Translations under genes and position numbers: made by a program
Source of the DNA: Bdellovibrionales bacterium
GTDB lineage: Bacteria; Bdellovibrionota; Bdellovibrionia; Bdellovibrionales; JAMPXM01
Assembly: GCA_043739185.1 (NCBI GenBank)
Contig: JAYUEN010000286.1
Coordinates: 39,604-103,603 of the forward strand
Reading direction: 5' to 3'
DNA length: 64,000 nt
Part shown: positions 55,214 to 63,789 of the stretch, in pieces
Layout of the letters: the number at the start of each line of letters is the position of its first letter
Numbering within the stretch: the stretch's first letter is position 1
Notes under the pieces: generated by a model
The model's input: only the letters and a program-made list of their open reading frames with translations
Database searches by the model: none
What the model was told of the DNA's origin: nothing

Positions 55214-57720
55214 TGCGCAATTAGATTTGTAAAGTCTGTAATCTGTTGCTTATCAAGTGGATCTGAAAACAGAGTTCTCAAATCAGGTGTCTGAGAAAAT
55301 CTCGCAAATACTTGCTCCACATAGGCATCCACACTAGGTTGCGATATCGACATGGTCGACAGCGCAAAGTTGCGGGCGACAACTGGAGTCTGACCCACAG
55401 GTACGCTCAGTAGGCTTACTGAGCCCGTGAGATTTGGTCCACTTGCATTTGAAAGTGCATTGAGGACTTTAATCATTTGAATGCGATCTTCATCATAAGC
55501 CCAATTGTTTTTGAACAACTTCCAAAGAAAGAGTTTTGCCAGACCCATGAAGTCTTTAGTCGGCGCAACGCCCCACTTCATAATATAAGTAAAAATCGAC
55601 TCATTTAAAGTATCATCATTGATTCCACTTGCAGCCGCTAATGAGCTCTCAATCAAGGGATAAAAATTCATAGATTCGTTCAGGCTAATGGTGCCAGAAT
55701 TATCAGAATCAAAAAGCACATACATGCTTTCGATATATTCAAATACATTTGAGGCTTTATCTAGATCTGCAGATTCCATTGGTTGATTCGAATTGCCATG
55801 CACACGCGCCAAAGTCTCAATGCTAACCATAAAGTCATTCCACTGCGTTTCGGTCCAATTACTTGCGGCTGCGGTCCAATGAGGTAGTTCTTGAAAATAG
55901 TATCCAAAATTCAATCTAAAGTTTGAGCGATAGCAGTCCACATCTAACATTGGCAGATTATAAACATCGAGTTGCAAATTCGGACAAATCGCCGCGAGAT
56001 CATTGTAAGCGCGTCTCGACATTTGGCCGGCCGACATTGAATAAGAAATAATGTCCATACCTTGTTCAAAACTCAAACGAGGGTTCGTATCTCCTGAAAA
56101 AAGAAAGAGATGAGCATACAAAAATAAGCTGCTCCAAATATTTGAAACTCTCGGGTCAAGAAAATGCAGGTCGATGCCCAATTGGTTGATGTCATAATAA
56201 AATTGATGAAATTGATCCTTGGTCACGCCCGCGAAGTGAAAACTCGGATCATCCGCATAGCCCCGAATGAGTGAAGACACAAAAATGCGGCGCCAATTGA
56301 TCCCGGTAAACGCGGGCTGATCAAGAGTTCTTCCGGCAATATTTTTTTCGAAAATCAAAGTTCCATTTGAATTAAATTGTTGTGGATTCTTACGTGCAAG
56401 AAACTCAGCAATCTCGTCGTACTGCAATTTATGAATTGGCTTTAAATTCTTCCAAAGGCTTTGAATTTGAGTAAGTGAAGGACTGTTTTGCGGGCTTGGC
56501 AAATTCATTGTGATCGAATCATACAACTGTTGCATTTCGGCCCAGCCATCAAAGTCATCTTTCATCATGGTAAAAATTCTATGATCCAAACCTGAAGGCA
56601 CCGCTCTCACTCCAGCGATTTGTGGACTATAGACCTTAAAGAATATCGGCGCCGCTAAATTGAGTAGAGTTTTTTTAATTAATTTTGGATTATTTATGAT
56701 ACCCAGATCAAAAACCGTAGTTAATAAGTTATTAAACGCATCAAAACTTATTTCCTTATTTTCTTTTCGGTTCATCGAGGCTTGCACAATTTCAAATCCC
56801 TTATTCATGGTCAAAATAAGTTGCGCCAAACCGTAACCCGTAGTGAGTCGTGGAGTTGGATTCAAAATATAACTGACTCTCATCCAGATGCCATAAAGCT
56901 GGGCCGCCGTTGAAAATAAATCAGGCCACTCTTTTGATTCGACATTGTTTGGGTTTGGACTGAGGAAGAAAGCTTTGGCATTTGAAAAGGCGCCAAGTTT
57001 CCCAATAATATATTCTGGTCCTGACCAATGATGTCCCAACTGATCATATAACAGAGATAGTTCTGACATCAGAGTTTGAAAATCAGAAACTTTGTATGCG
57101 GTTTGTGAGCCATTAAAAAGCTGACCAAGTCGCCGCGCAGACTCGATCAATTGCATTTCAGCAAAATTAACGTCCACTTCATTTGCGGTTATTTGACTTG
57201 GATTCATCACATTCGCAAATACCTTCATATGTGGATTAAGTGCTCGTGCCTCTTTCTCCAAAGCATTTAAGAATTTTTCAACCTGCAAAAGATCATTATG
57301 ACTTATTTGATCCATGGTGCCGCCAATCAGCACCTGTTTGAGTCGCATAACCTCTGAAAGAAGTTGATCACTGATGGTCATTTGCCCCATAAAATACTTC
57401 TCAATAAAAGAGCGAAACTCTGCCGGCGTAAAGTCCGCCGAATTTTCTTCACTGCGAACATATTTTTCAAATGTTTGCACGGCCCCGCTCAAACATGACC
57501 AAGTCTGAGCTGCCTGATCATCGGTGGTCTGAGCATTGAAAAAATTTTGCAAATTGGGAAGAGCGGTACTGATGCAACCTGCACCGGATCCCGAAAAAGA
57601 AATAGTATCGTTTGAGGAACTCGTGGGCCCATGCGATGAGAGATTACAACTGAAGAGTGAGAGAATGAATGAGCTCACTAATACAAATTTAATAATACGG
57701 CCCCCGCAAAGTTCAAACAC
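55210..57720 (-). CDS. Large helical lipoprotein with an EF-hand-type loop
   Basis: Lipobox LFSC, 836-aa ORF, DSDNSGTISLNE 12-residue loop at 55675-55710. Confidence 0.7.
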   Translation of the reverse strand: MFELCGGRIIKFVLVSSFILSLFSCNLSSHGPTSSSNDTISFSGSGAGCISTALPNLQNFFNAQTTDDQAAQTWSCLSGAVQTFEKYVRSEENSADFTPAEFRSFIEKYFMGQMTISDQLLSEVMRLKQVLIGGTMDQISHNDLLQVEKFLNALEKEARALNPHMKVFANVMNPSQITANEVDVNFAEMQLIESARRLGQLFNGSQTAYKVSDFQTLMSELSLLYDQLGHHWSGPEYIIGKLGAFSNAKAFFLSPNPNNVESKEWPDLFSTAAQLYGIWMRVSYILNPTPRLTTGYGLAQLILTMNKGFEIVQASMNRKENKEISFDAFNNLLTTVFDLGIINNPKLIKKTLLNLAAPIFFKVYSPQIAGVRAVPSGLDHRIFTMMKDDFDGWAEMQQLYDSITMNLPSPQNSPSLTQIQSLWKNLKPIHKLQYDEIAEFLARKNPQQFNSNGTLIFEKNIAGRTLDQPAFTGINWRRIFVSSLIRGYADDPSFHFAGVTKDQFHQFYYDINQLGIDLHFLDPRVSNIWSSLFLYAHLFLFSGDTNPRLSFEQGMDIISYSMSAGQMSRRAYNDLAAICPNLQLDVYNLPMLDVDCYRSNFRLNFGYYFQELPHWTAAASNWTETQWNDFMVSIETLARVHGNSNQPMESADLDKASNVFEYIESMYVLFDSDNSGTISLNESMNFYPLIESSLAAASGINDDTLNESIFTYIMKWGVAPTKDFMGLAKLFLWKLFKNNWAYDEDRIQMIKVLNALSNASGPNLTGSVSLLSVPVGQTPVVARNFALSTMSISQPSVDAYVEQVFARFSQTPDLRTLFSDPLDKQQITDFTNLIAH

Positions 57721-57897
57721 ATAAGATGATTGAGCTTTGTCTTTGTCGGAACATCCGACTCATCTTTAGAGTACGTATTCTGTTTTAATAAAACAATTGA
57801 ACCAATGGCCAGTAATAGGCCTCGAGTAAGACGAGCCTGACTTGGCCATTCAGCTAGAGACCATAGACTCGGCTGTATCAAACTGATACCATTTATT

Positions 57898-58902
57898 ATG
57901 AACAAAAAAGTTTTGCTCATACGCACAGATCGCATTGGTGATTTGGTATTGAGTTTACCCGTAGATGAAAGCCTTGCTCGTTTAAGCTATCAAACAGAAT
58001 GGTGGATAGCGGAGGGTCTAGACTTTATTCCCTCAAATGCACTACCCGTGCGGAAAACATTACAAATCAAAAAGGCCTTCGCTTTCGAAGAATTTAAACG
58101 TCTCTATCAACTTTTGCGCGTTTCAAAATATTCAATGGCCATTGTCTTTCATGCCCCCTGGTGGATCGCCCTGTTATTATTTGTTGCCCGTGTTCCGATT
58201 CGGGCTGGTCCAAAAAGTCAGTGGTATTCATTTCTTTTTTATCAGCCAGCGATACGGCAAAAACGTTCGGCTTCAAATAAATCTGAGTTAGAATACAACT
58301 TTTCGTTGGTCGAAATGGCTTTGGGGCTAGCCGATCAAGAGATCGGGCGCCAAAGCTTAAAGCTCCAATCGCAAAAAAACTATGATCTTAAAAAGTGGAA
58401 TTTAGAAAGGAAAAAGTATTTTGTCGTCCACCCTGGTATGTCAGGCTCAGCATTGAATTGGCCGATTAGGAACTACATTGATTTGATCGACCAATTGCTG
58501 CGCACTCAAATGATTGTGATAACCGGGACAAAGTCCGACGAAAATTTCCTTAACGAAATTCGACAGAATTTTTCAAAGCATCCTCGCGTTTGTTTTTTAG
58601 ACTCGCAACTTAATGGCAGCGAACTCATCTATGTATTGCAAAATTCGCTGGGTGTTCTAGCTCCCAGCACTGGCGTTTTGCATTTGGCAGCATCCACAGG
58701 CGTTCCAACTTTTGGAATTTATAGTCCCGTTCGAGTTCAAAGACCTGAGCGCTGGGGGCCCCAAGGAGCGCAAACCATAGTCTTTACTCCGGAGGTTGAT
58801 TGCCCTGGCGAATTTCGGTGTTTGAAGCAGGCTTGCCCCAAATATGATTGCATGCCACTGATTCGCGTTCATGACGTACTCTGCGAAATTCAAAAAAGAT
58901 AA
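57898..58902 (+). CDS. Glycosyltransferase family 9 (LPS heptosyltransferase-like)
   Basis: IRTDRIGDLVL, VVHPG...NWP, STGVLHLAASTGVPT, WGP, C-terminal Cys cluster. Confidence 0.9.
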   Translation: MNKKVLLIRTDRIGDLVLSLPVDESLARLSYQTEWWIAEGLDFIPSNALPVRKTLQIKKAFAFEEFKRLYQLLRVSKYSMAIVFHAPWWIALLLFVARVPIRAGPKSQWYSFLFYQPAIRQKRSASNKSELEYNFSLVEMALGLADQEIGRQSLKLQSQKNYDLKKWNLERKKYFVVHPGMSGSALNWPIRNYIDLIDQLLRTQMIVITGTKSDENFLNEIRQNFSKHPRVCFLDSQLNGSELIYVLQNSLGVLAPSTGVLHLAASTGVPTFGIYSPVRVQRPERWGPQGAQTIVFTPEVDCPGEFRCLKQACPKYDCMPLIRVHDVLCEIQKR

Positions 58903-60521
58903 GCGATACCGAAATTAGCAGTGGTCAATCTTTGACTGAGGCTGGTGGCATACTCGCCTCCGGCGCGGTTTCCGACTCCTGAAAAACTGGTTGAAACCAA
59001 TAAGAAATCTAGTGAACTAACAAACTTAATATTTTCTCGAATTTTCTTTTCAAGAAATAGCGAAAAACTATTCACATTATTAGTCGGCCCACCGCCGGAC
59101 GCCTCGGGTTGCTCAACCAATTTTGGCAGTAATACCAGATTGAAGGTCGCCCCGATAACCAAATTAGATCGATTATCGATGGGCAATACACCGGTGATTC
59201 CCACTAAAATTCCAGAATAATTTACGGTAGTAAAAGATTCTGGCTGTGAGCTATCTACGAACATCCGATACGACATCAATCCGAAATCAAGACGAATCTT
59301 CGGACCAAAGAAATCATTACGCAGTAAAAAATTATAGCCGACCGCCAAACTATAGTAACTCAAGGAATCGTTTAAATTACTTGGAGTAGAACCCGCACGC
59401 GGATTGCTGGTCGAGATCACTCCCTGCATAATTTCAGCACGCATTTGCCATTTCGGATTGAGCCACAATTCGCCATACAAATCTAAACTCGGATAAAATG
59501 GTGACTTGCCATCTTGCCCCCCCGGACTGAGCGAAGCCGTCGTATTGGTCAGATTCATGCTTTCGCCAAAAGTGCCGAGACCCAACTTGATTCCGACCAA
59601 ACCAAACATCGGCGGTGGCGTGGGAACCCATTCGCTGGGCGCTTTACCAAAACTCACATTTGAATCTTGACGATCATTCAAAGATTCGCTTTTTTGCGAA
59701 GGATTGCTCAACTCATCGGGAACAGAATAATTCACAAAATCAATTCCGGAAATTTTGGCGCCCTTTCGAATGGCGCTCTTTTCTTTCTCGGTAATGATTG
59801 TGGCAAAGCTCAGATTATCATCTACCTTCAGGATTTTTATTTTTCCGAGAATTTCTTTTTCAGTATTGATAATGAAATTAAATTTAGGATGACGATTGAG
59901 TTTAATTATTTGGATCACGCTAAGTATCTGATCCTTATTTATGCCATCTGACTTTCCGATATTGATGGTCACGCGATTTTGTTGGCGGCTCAGGATTTGC
60001 CCGCTATAAGGAATTTTAGCAATTAACTTTGCATACAAATTTGCGAGTTGCTCTTTGAGTTCATTGATTTCAAAGCGGGGAAAATCCTTCAATACTTCTT
60101 GCGCAAATAATTTATTGTCGCGCTTTAAAAATAAATCGAGACGTATCGAAGTGCCACCCGGTCCTTTATTGATACGACAAACCAAAATAGCATCGGTTTC
60201 AAGGCGCGAAGAAAGCTTTGCCATCTCCTTGGGATTTTCTTCTAGGTCTACAATGCTGGGAGTTTCAGATAGATTGTTCTCGACAATATCCCATTGATGA
60301 TTTTTTTTAACATGATTGATCAGTTCGCTTTCGAGAGGTCTGGCATAGATCCCATCTAGATTATCGGTTACCGGCAAAATAGCGACGCGATTGATACTGA
60401 CCTGGTCATCTGCTTGACTAACGTATTGAGCGGTAAGTTCCTGCGGGTTGGCTTTGTTCTGCGCAAAAGTCGTTTGATTCAAGCAAAATACAATAAATAT
60501 AGTGAGTCCGATTCGGGTCAT
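58890..60521 (-). CDS. Exported multidomain protein with C-terminal outer-membrane beta-barrel
   Basis: Signal peptide from ATG 60521, RVAILPV alpha/beta domain, VTINIGKSDGI (FlgT-C-like) segment, amphipathic strands ending GIAYLF. Confidence 0.65.
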   Translation of the reverse strand: MTRIGLTIFIVFCLNQTTFAQNKANPQELTAQYVSQADDQVSINRVAILPVTDNLDGIYARPLESELINHVKKNHQWDIVENNLSETPSIVDLEENPKEMAKLSSRLETDAILVCRINKGPGGTSIRLDLFLKRDNKLFAQEVLKDFPRFEINELKEQLANLYAKLIAKIPYSGQILSRQQNRVTINIGKSDGINKDQILSVIQIIKLNRHPKFNFIINTEKEILGKIKILKVDDNLSFATIITEKEKSAIRKGAKISGIDFVNYSVPDELSNPSQKSESLNDRQDSNVSFGKAPSEWVPTPPPMFGLVGIKLGLGTFGESMNLTNTTASLSPGGQDGKSPFYPSLDLYGELWLNPKWQMRAEIMQGVISTSNPRAGSTPSNLNDSLSYYSLAVGYNFLLRNDFFGPKIRLDFGLMSYRMFVDSSQPESFTTVNYSGILVGITGVLPIDNRSNLVIGATFNLVLLPKLVEQPEASGGGPTNNVNSFSLFLEKKIRENIKFVSSLDFLLVSTSFSGVGNRAGGEYATSLSQRLTTANFGIAYLF

Positions 60522-60599
60522 GTACAACAGTGTGCATCGAATCACTGCGCTCGTCAAATTTGCTTCAAGGACTTCTGCATTTTCTCCGATGGAGGTTCT

Positions 60600-61715
60600 A
60601 TGAAGTTGTGTTTCTTTATATTCTTTTTACTTTCGCAGAACTCGAATGCGCAGCTTGATCCGTCTTCAGGCTTACTTTTGAATAGCGATGCTAAAGCATC
60701 GACTCGAACCAATGGACTAGACTCAGGTCGGTATACCGTCAAACCACACCAAGACACGACGGGAATTGAAAAGAAAAAATTTTCTCAAGCCAAAGCCAAT
60801 GATAAATTGAACGATAAGAATTCGGACACAAATCATGAAGATTCAGACGGCGATGACGATGCTCCTGTGCCGACGCCTGTTGCTCCGGTGATTGAAAGCA
60901 AACAACCTGAAAAGCATATAGTTGAATCCACCGGTCCAGTTACGACTCAGACGGCGGCGACAGAGCTTCCCACACCCAACTTAGCTTCGCCTGTTGACGA
61001 AAAGAAATTAAACCTAGTTGAGCTTAGTGTCGCACCTTCTTTTATCTACAACCATTCTAGCTCTGACTTAAGCTTTCGCAATTATTCAACTTCAAATTTG
61101 GCCTATTCAGTAGATGTGTCTGCGTGGCTGCAAAAAAACTTCGCGCTTCATGGCCAGCTGATCAATAGTCTCGCGGGTAGCATTAATGATTCCTATGATC
61201 ACACCCGAAATGCCGGTCTTACCCAACAGTGGATCACAGCGGGTGTTCGCTTTCGAAACTTCAACTCAAACAAGCGCAATGCGAATTCTTTGGTCTTAGG
61301 TCTCGACTATGAGGACTATCAATTTCAAGTCGACAGTGATGCTCATATTCGTAATCGCCTTGAAACCTCTGGTGTAAAACTTTCTCTCTTAAGCGAAATT
61401 CCGCAATCTACGAAGTACTCATGGGAGCTTGGAGTCTCGTTCATGCCTAAGGCTAAACATCAAGAAACGCCTACAACTGCAAACCTTCAATCAGGCGATA
61501 GCCCCGAATCCGACCTCGTTTCCTTGAGTTTGGGCGGGCGAATTTACATCGACTCTTCAAATCAAATGTTTTGGAAGGTCTCAGAAATTTTTGAAAAAAA
61601 TCAGTATCTAGGTACGACTTCAAAAGCTGATCCAGCAACTAGCCAAAGCCTTAGCAATGTAAGTGTTGCGAATACTTTTACGCTCATTCAAATTGGCTAT
61701 ACATGGGGCAACTAA
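60600..61715 (+). CDS. Exported protein with disordered linker and putative C-terminal beta-barrel
   Basis: GGAGG SD, signal peptide, D/P/T-rich linker, alternating strands ending IGYTWGN. Confidence 0.65.
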   Translation: MKLCFFIFFLLSQNSNAQLDPSSGLLLNSDAKASTRTNGLDSGRYTVKPHQDTTGIEKKKFSQAKANDKLNDKNSDTNHEDSDGDDDAPVPTPVAPVIESKQPEKHIVESTGPVTTQTAATELPTPNLASPVDEKKLNLVELSVAPSFIYNHSSSDLSFRNYSTSNLAYSVDVSAWLQKNFALHGQLINSLAGSINDSYDHTRNAGLTQQWITAGVRFRNFNSNKRNANSLVLGLDYEDYQFQVDSDAHIRNRLETSGVKLSLLSEIPQSTKYSWELGVSFMPKAKHQETPTTANLQSGDSPESDLVSLSLGGRIYIDSSNQMFWKVSEIFEKNQYLGTTSKADPATSQSLSNVSVANTFTLIQIGYTWGN

Positions 61716-61724
61716 GGCGAAGTT

Positions 61725-62375
61725 TTAGATGCGAAACTTCGGATCGCGACGTCGTCTATAAAACATAAACAAAACATATCCTAAAATTAAACTGGTTAGC
61801 AAACTGAGTAAGATCCATTGAGCTTCGTGGGCTCGTGTAATTGCAAGATCCCAGTTTTCTCCTGTATAATATCCAAGAAAAACCCATACCGGAACACTGA
61901 TCAGCGCCGCCAAACCGTCTTGAATAAAAAATACTTTTGGCTTCACTCCCATGCTACCCACCAAGGCAAAAATGCAGGCGCGCAAACCAGGAACAAAGCG
62001 ACCAATGAAACAGATGAAATGTTGATTGCGAATAATTCTGATCTCGGCCGCCTCAATACGGTGAGGCGGGAATGCCAAACTAAATGGTTTGATCGAAAAT
62101 AACTTTTTACCGTAGCGCCGACCAAGCGTAAATAAAATGCTATCACCGATGAAAACCCCACAAAATCCGGCAATCAAGGCTCCGCCCAAACTAATTTTAT
62201 GAGTGGATGCAAGCAAGCCAGCAAATAAAAGCGTGACATCTTCAGGTAGTGGCAGACCAAATCCGCAAAGCGTGAGAACGCCCAAAATGACGGAATAGCC
62301 CGCTATGGGCGAAAGTCCAGCAAGTAAAACTACAATTTCTTTGGACGAAGGAATGTGATTCATGGCTTCGTTCAT
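61725..62375 (-). CDS. DedA/SNARE-associated membrane protein
   Basis: GLPLPEDVTL, GDSILFTLGR, GRFVPGLR. Confidence 0.92.
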   Translation of the reverse strand: MNEAMNHIPSSKEIVVLLAGLSPIAGYSVILGVLTLCGFGLPLPEDVTLLFAGLLASTHKISLGGALIAGFCGVFIGDSILFTLGRRYGKKLFSIKPFSLAFPPHRIEAAEIRIIRNQHFICFIGRFVPGLRACIFALVGSMGVKPKVFFIQDGLAALISVPVWVFLGYYTGENWDLAITRAHEAQWILLSLLTSLILGYVLFMFYRRRRDPKFRI

Positions 62376-62417
62376 TATCTATTTGGGAGATCGGGCTCGC
62401 AAGAATATAATAAAAAT

Positions 62418-62798
62418 ATGACGAAACTAATGGTGGTGGATGACGCGCCCTTCATCCTCGAAATAATCAGACATACTTTAAAAAACTCTGCCTATGAAAT
62501 TATAGGCGAAGCAGTTAGCGGTTCAGAAGCTGTTGAACTGGCTTTGAATATTCGGCCCGAAGTAATTCTTATGGATCTGATCATGCCTCATAAATCAGGC
62601 ATTGATGCGACCAAAGAAATATTGAAGGCACTTCCTAACACAAAAATAATTGCTTTTTCTACGGCAGACCAAGAAAGCATGGTAATGTTAGCACTTGAGG
62701 CAGGATGTTGCGATTATATCGTTAAACCATTCAAAGCAGACCAGCTCCTCAAAACTCTTGATAAGGCATGCGATATGGATATCGCTAAAATAGTTTAA
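62418..62798 (+). CDS. Single-domain response regulator (CheY-like)
   Basis: VVDDAPF, ILMDLIMP, FST, YIVKPF. TATAAT lies 6 nt before ATG 62418. Confidence 0.92.
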   Translation: MTKLMVVDDAPFILEIIRHTLKNSAYEIIGEAVSGSEAVELALNIRPEVILMDLIMPHKSGIDATKEILKALPNTKIIAFSTADQESMVMLALEAGCCDYIVKPFKADQLLKTLDKACDMDIAKIV

Positions 62799-62807
62799 GG
62801 AGGATTC

Positions 62808-63227
62808 ATGTCGGAGATGTTTTACGTTATAAAGGTTTTTTTATTTAGCGCGATGATTATTGCGATCCTTCAAATTAAAATTGGCGACCACAATTTAGAG
62901 CAACATTCTCAGAATTGGCTTCATTCCTCAAGCCTGGTACATATATTAAATTCCGTTAGTATCAGTGCCAGCCGCGCCATATCCAATGGCTACCACTTTG
63001 TTCGAGGAGAAATGGGCGCACGACTTGGATCAAATGATCCAAAAGAAAATAAAAAGACAGCCGCTGCGGCTCACCATGGACTTGATATTCGACATGAAAT
63101 TCATAAATTGTCTTCGGAAGCGAAGTCGCTATTAGACAAAGAGGCAGCGCAAGACCCGGTAGATTCAAAAAAAGATACAAATTTAAACACCAAAGACATC
63201 AAAATGATTGATGAGTCAGAACTCTGA
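62808..63227 (+). CDS. Hypothetical membrane-anchored protein
   Basis: AAGGAGG SD, N-terminal TM, LQIKIGDHNLE. Confidence 0.7.
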   Translation: MSEMFYVIKVFLFSAMIIAILQIKIGDHNLEQHSQNWLHSSSLVHILNSVSISASRAISNGYHFVRGEMGARLGSNDPKENKKTAAAAHHGLDIRHEIHKLSSEAKSLLDKEAAQDPVDSKKDTNLNTKDIKMIDESEL

Positions 63228-63234
63228 TTTCTGC

Positions 63235-63265
63235 AAAAAAACGCCCCCAAAAAGAAAGGCGTTTT
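63235..63265. terminator. Bidirectional rho-independent terminator between convergent genes
   Basis: AAAACGCC (63238-45) pairs with GGCGTTTT (63258-65), with A/T runs on both sides. Confidence 0.65.
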
Positions 63266-63296
63266 ATCAAATTTCAAAATTTGAAACTCTAAACAA

Positions 63297-63527
63297 TTAA
63301 CCTTGATGATCAGATGTTTTTCCAACCGCCGTCTTATATACTGGCCGCTTTTCAGTCTCCTTAAGCTCAATTGGATCTTCAGTGCGCGCATGCTGATTTC
63401 CGGTAACTTGCTGTGCGCATGGCTTCACATAGTCTGGGTTAAATACTGGATCGCTCATATTTACGGATTTAGCGCCCACACTCATTAAAAGAGTCGCCGC
63501 CACCAACATTAATTTAGTTATCTTCAT
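63297..63527 (-). CDS. Small secreted protein (about 76 aa)
   Basis: GAAGGAGA SD, signal peptide MKITKLMLVAATLLMSVGAKS, downstream terminator and upstream sigma54-like promoter. Confidence 0.65.
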   Translation of the reverse strand: MKITKLMLVAATLLMSVGAKSVNMSDPVFNPDYVKPCAQQVTGNQHARTEDPIELKETEKRPVYKTAVGKTSDHQG

Positions 63528-63590
63528 AATCTCTCCTTCGTATTTCACTGCTCATCGTGAAAATTAATTTAAGCTCTTACTTAGCTATAT

Positions 63591-63606
63591 AGCCAGAAGT
63601 GTGCCA
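63591..63606 (-). promoter_or_regulatory. Sigma54 (-24/-12) promoter
   Basis: Minus strand TGGCAC-ACTTC-TGGCT: GG and GC at the consensus spacing, one mismatch to TTGC. Confidence 0.6.
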
Positions 63607-63774
63607 CGCCAGATCGAATCTCAACTTCGAACACTCCATTTATTGTAGCTGAGAACTTATATACGACCCCTTCTATCAGCCTGAATTCTCGACGCGCAAA
63701 TTTGCACCCTTTTGTTACACGAGCGTCTAATCAGTAAACAGCTGGCCTCTACTGAATTGAATTAAAAACAGATT

Positions 63775-63789
63775 GTCTCAATATGAGAC
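63775..63789. promoter_or_regulatory. Perfect palindrome GTCTCA-ATA-TGAGAC, putative protein-binding site
   Basis: 6-3-6 inverted repeat in non-coding DNA. Related sites at 57745-57759 and 34693-34707. Confidence 0.55.

Noticed and set aside
53984..57897. Known riboswitches (GEMM c-di-GMP/cGAMP, NiCo, yybP-ykoY, fluoride) in the intergenic regions near the cyclase and CDF genes
   Set aside because: I could not find their conserved core sequences by eye. Only generic hairpins were seen, and these are reported as low-confidence findings.
60414..60599. Overlapping 5' extensions of the two divergent barrel ORFs
   Set aside because: Signal peptides and SD/promoter elements support ATG 60521(-) and ATG 60600(+), which removes the overlap.
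632..63488. The many 60-146 aa alternative-frame and antisense ORFs in the ORF track (e.g. 2486-2926, 7152-7556, 20576-20986, 51946-52290)
   Set aside because: They lie within or opposite well-supported genes and show no recognisable motifs, so they are treated as shadow ORFs.
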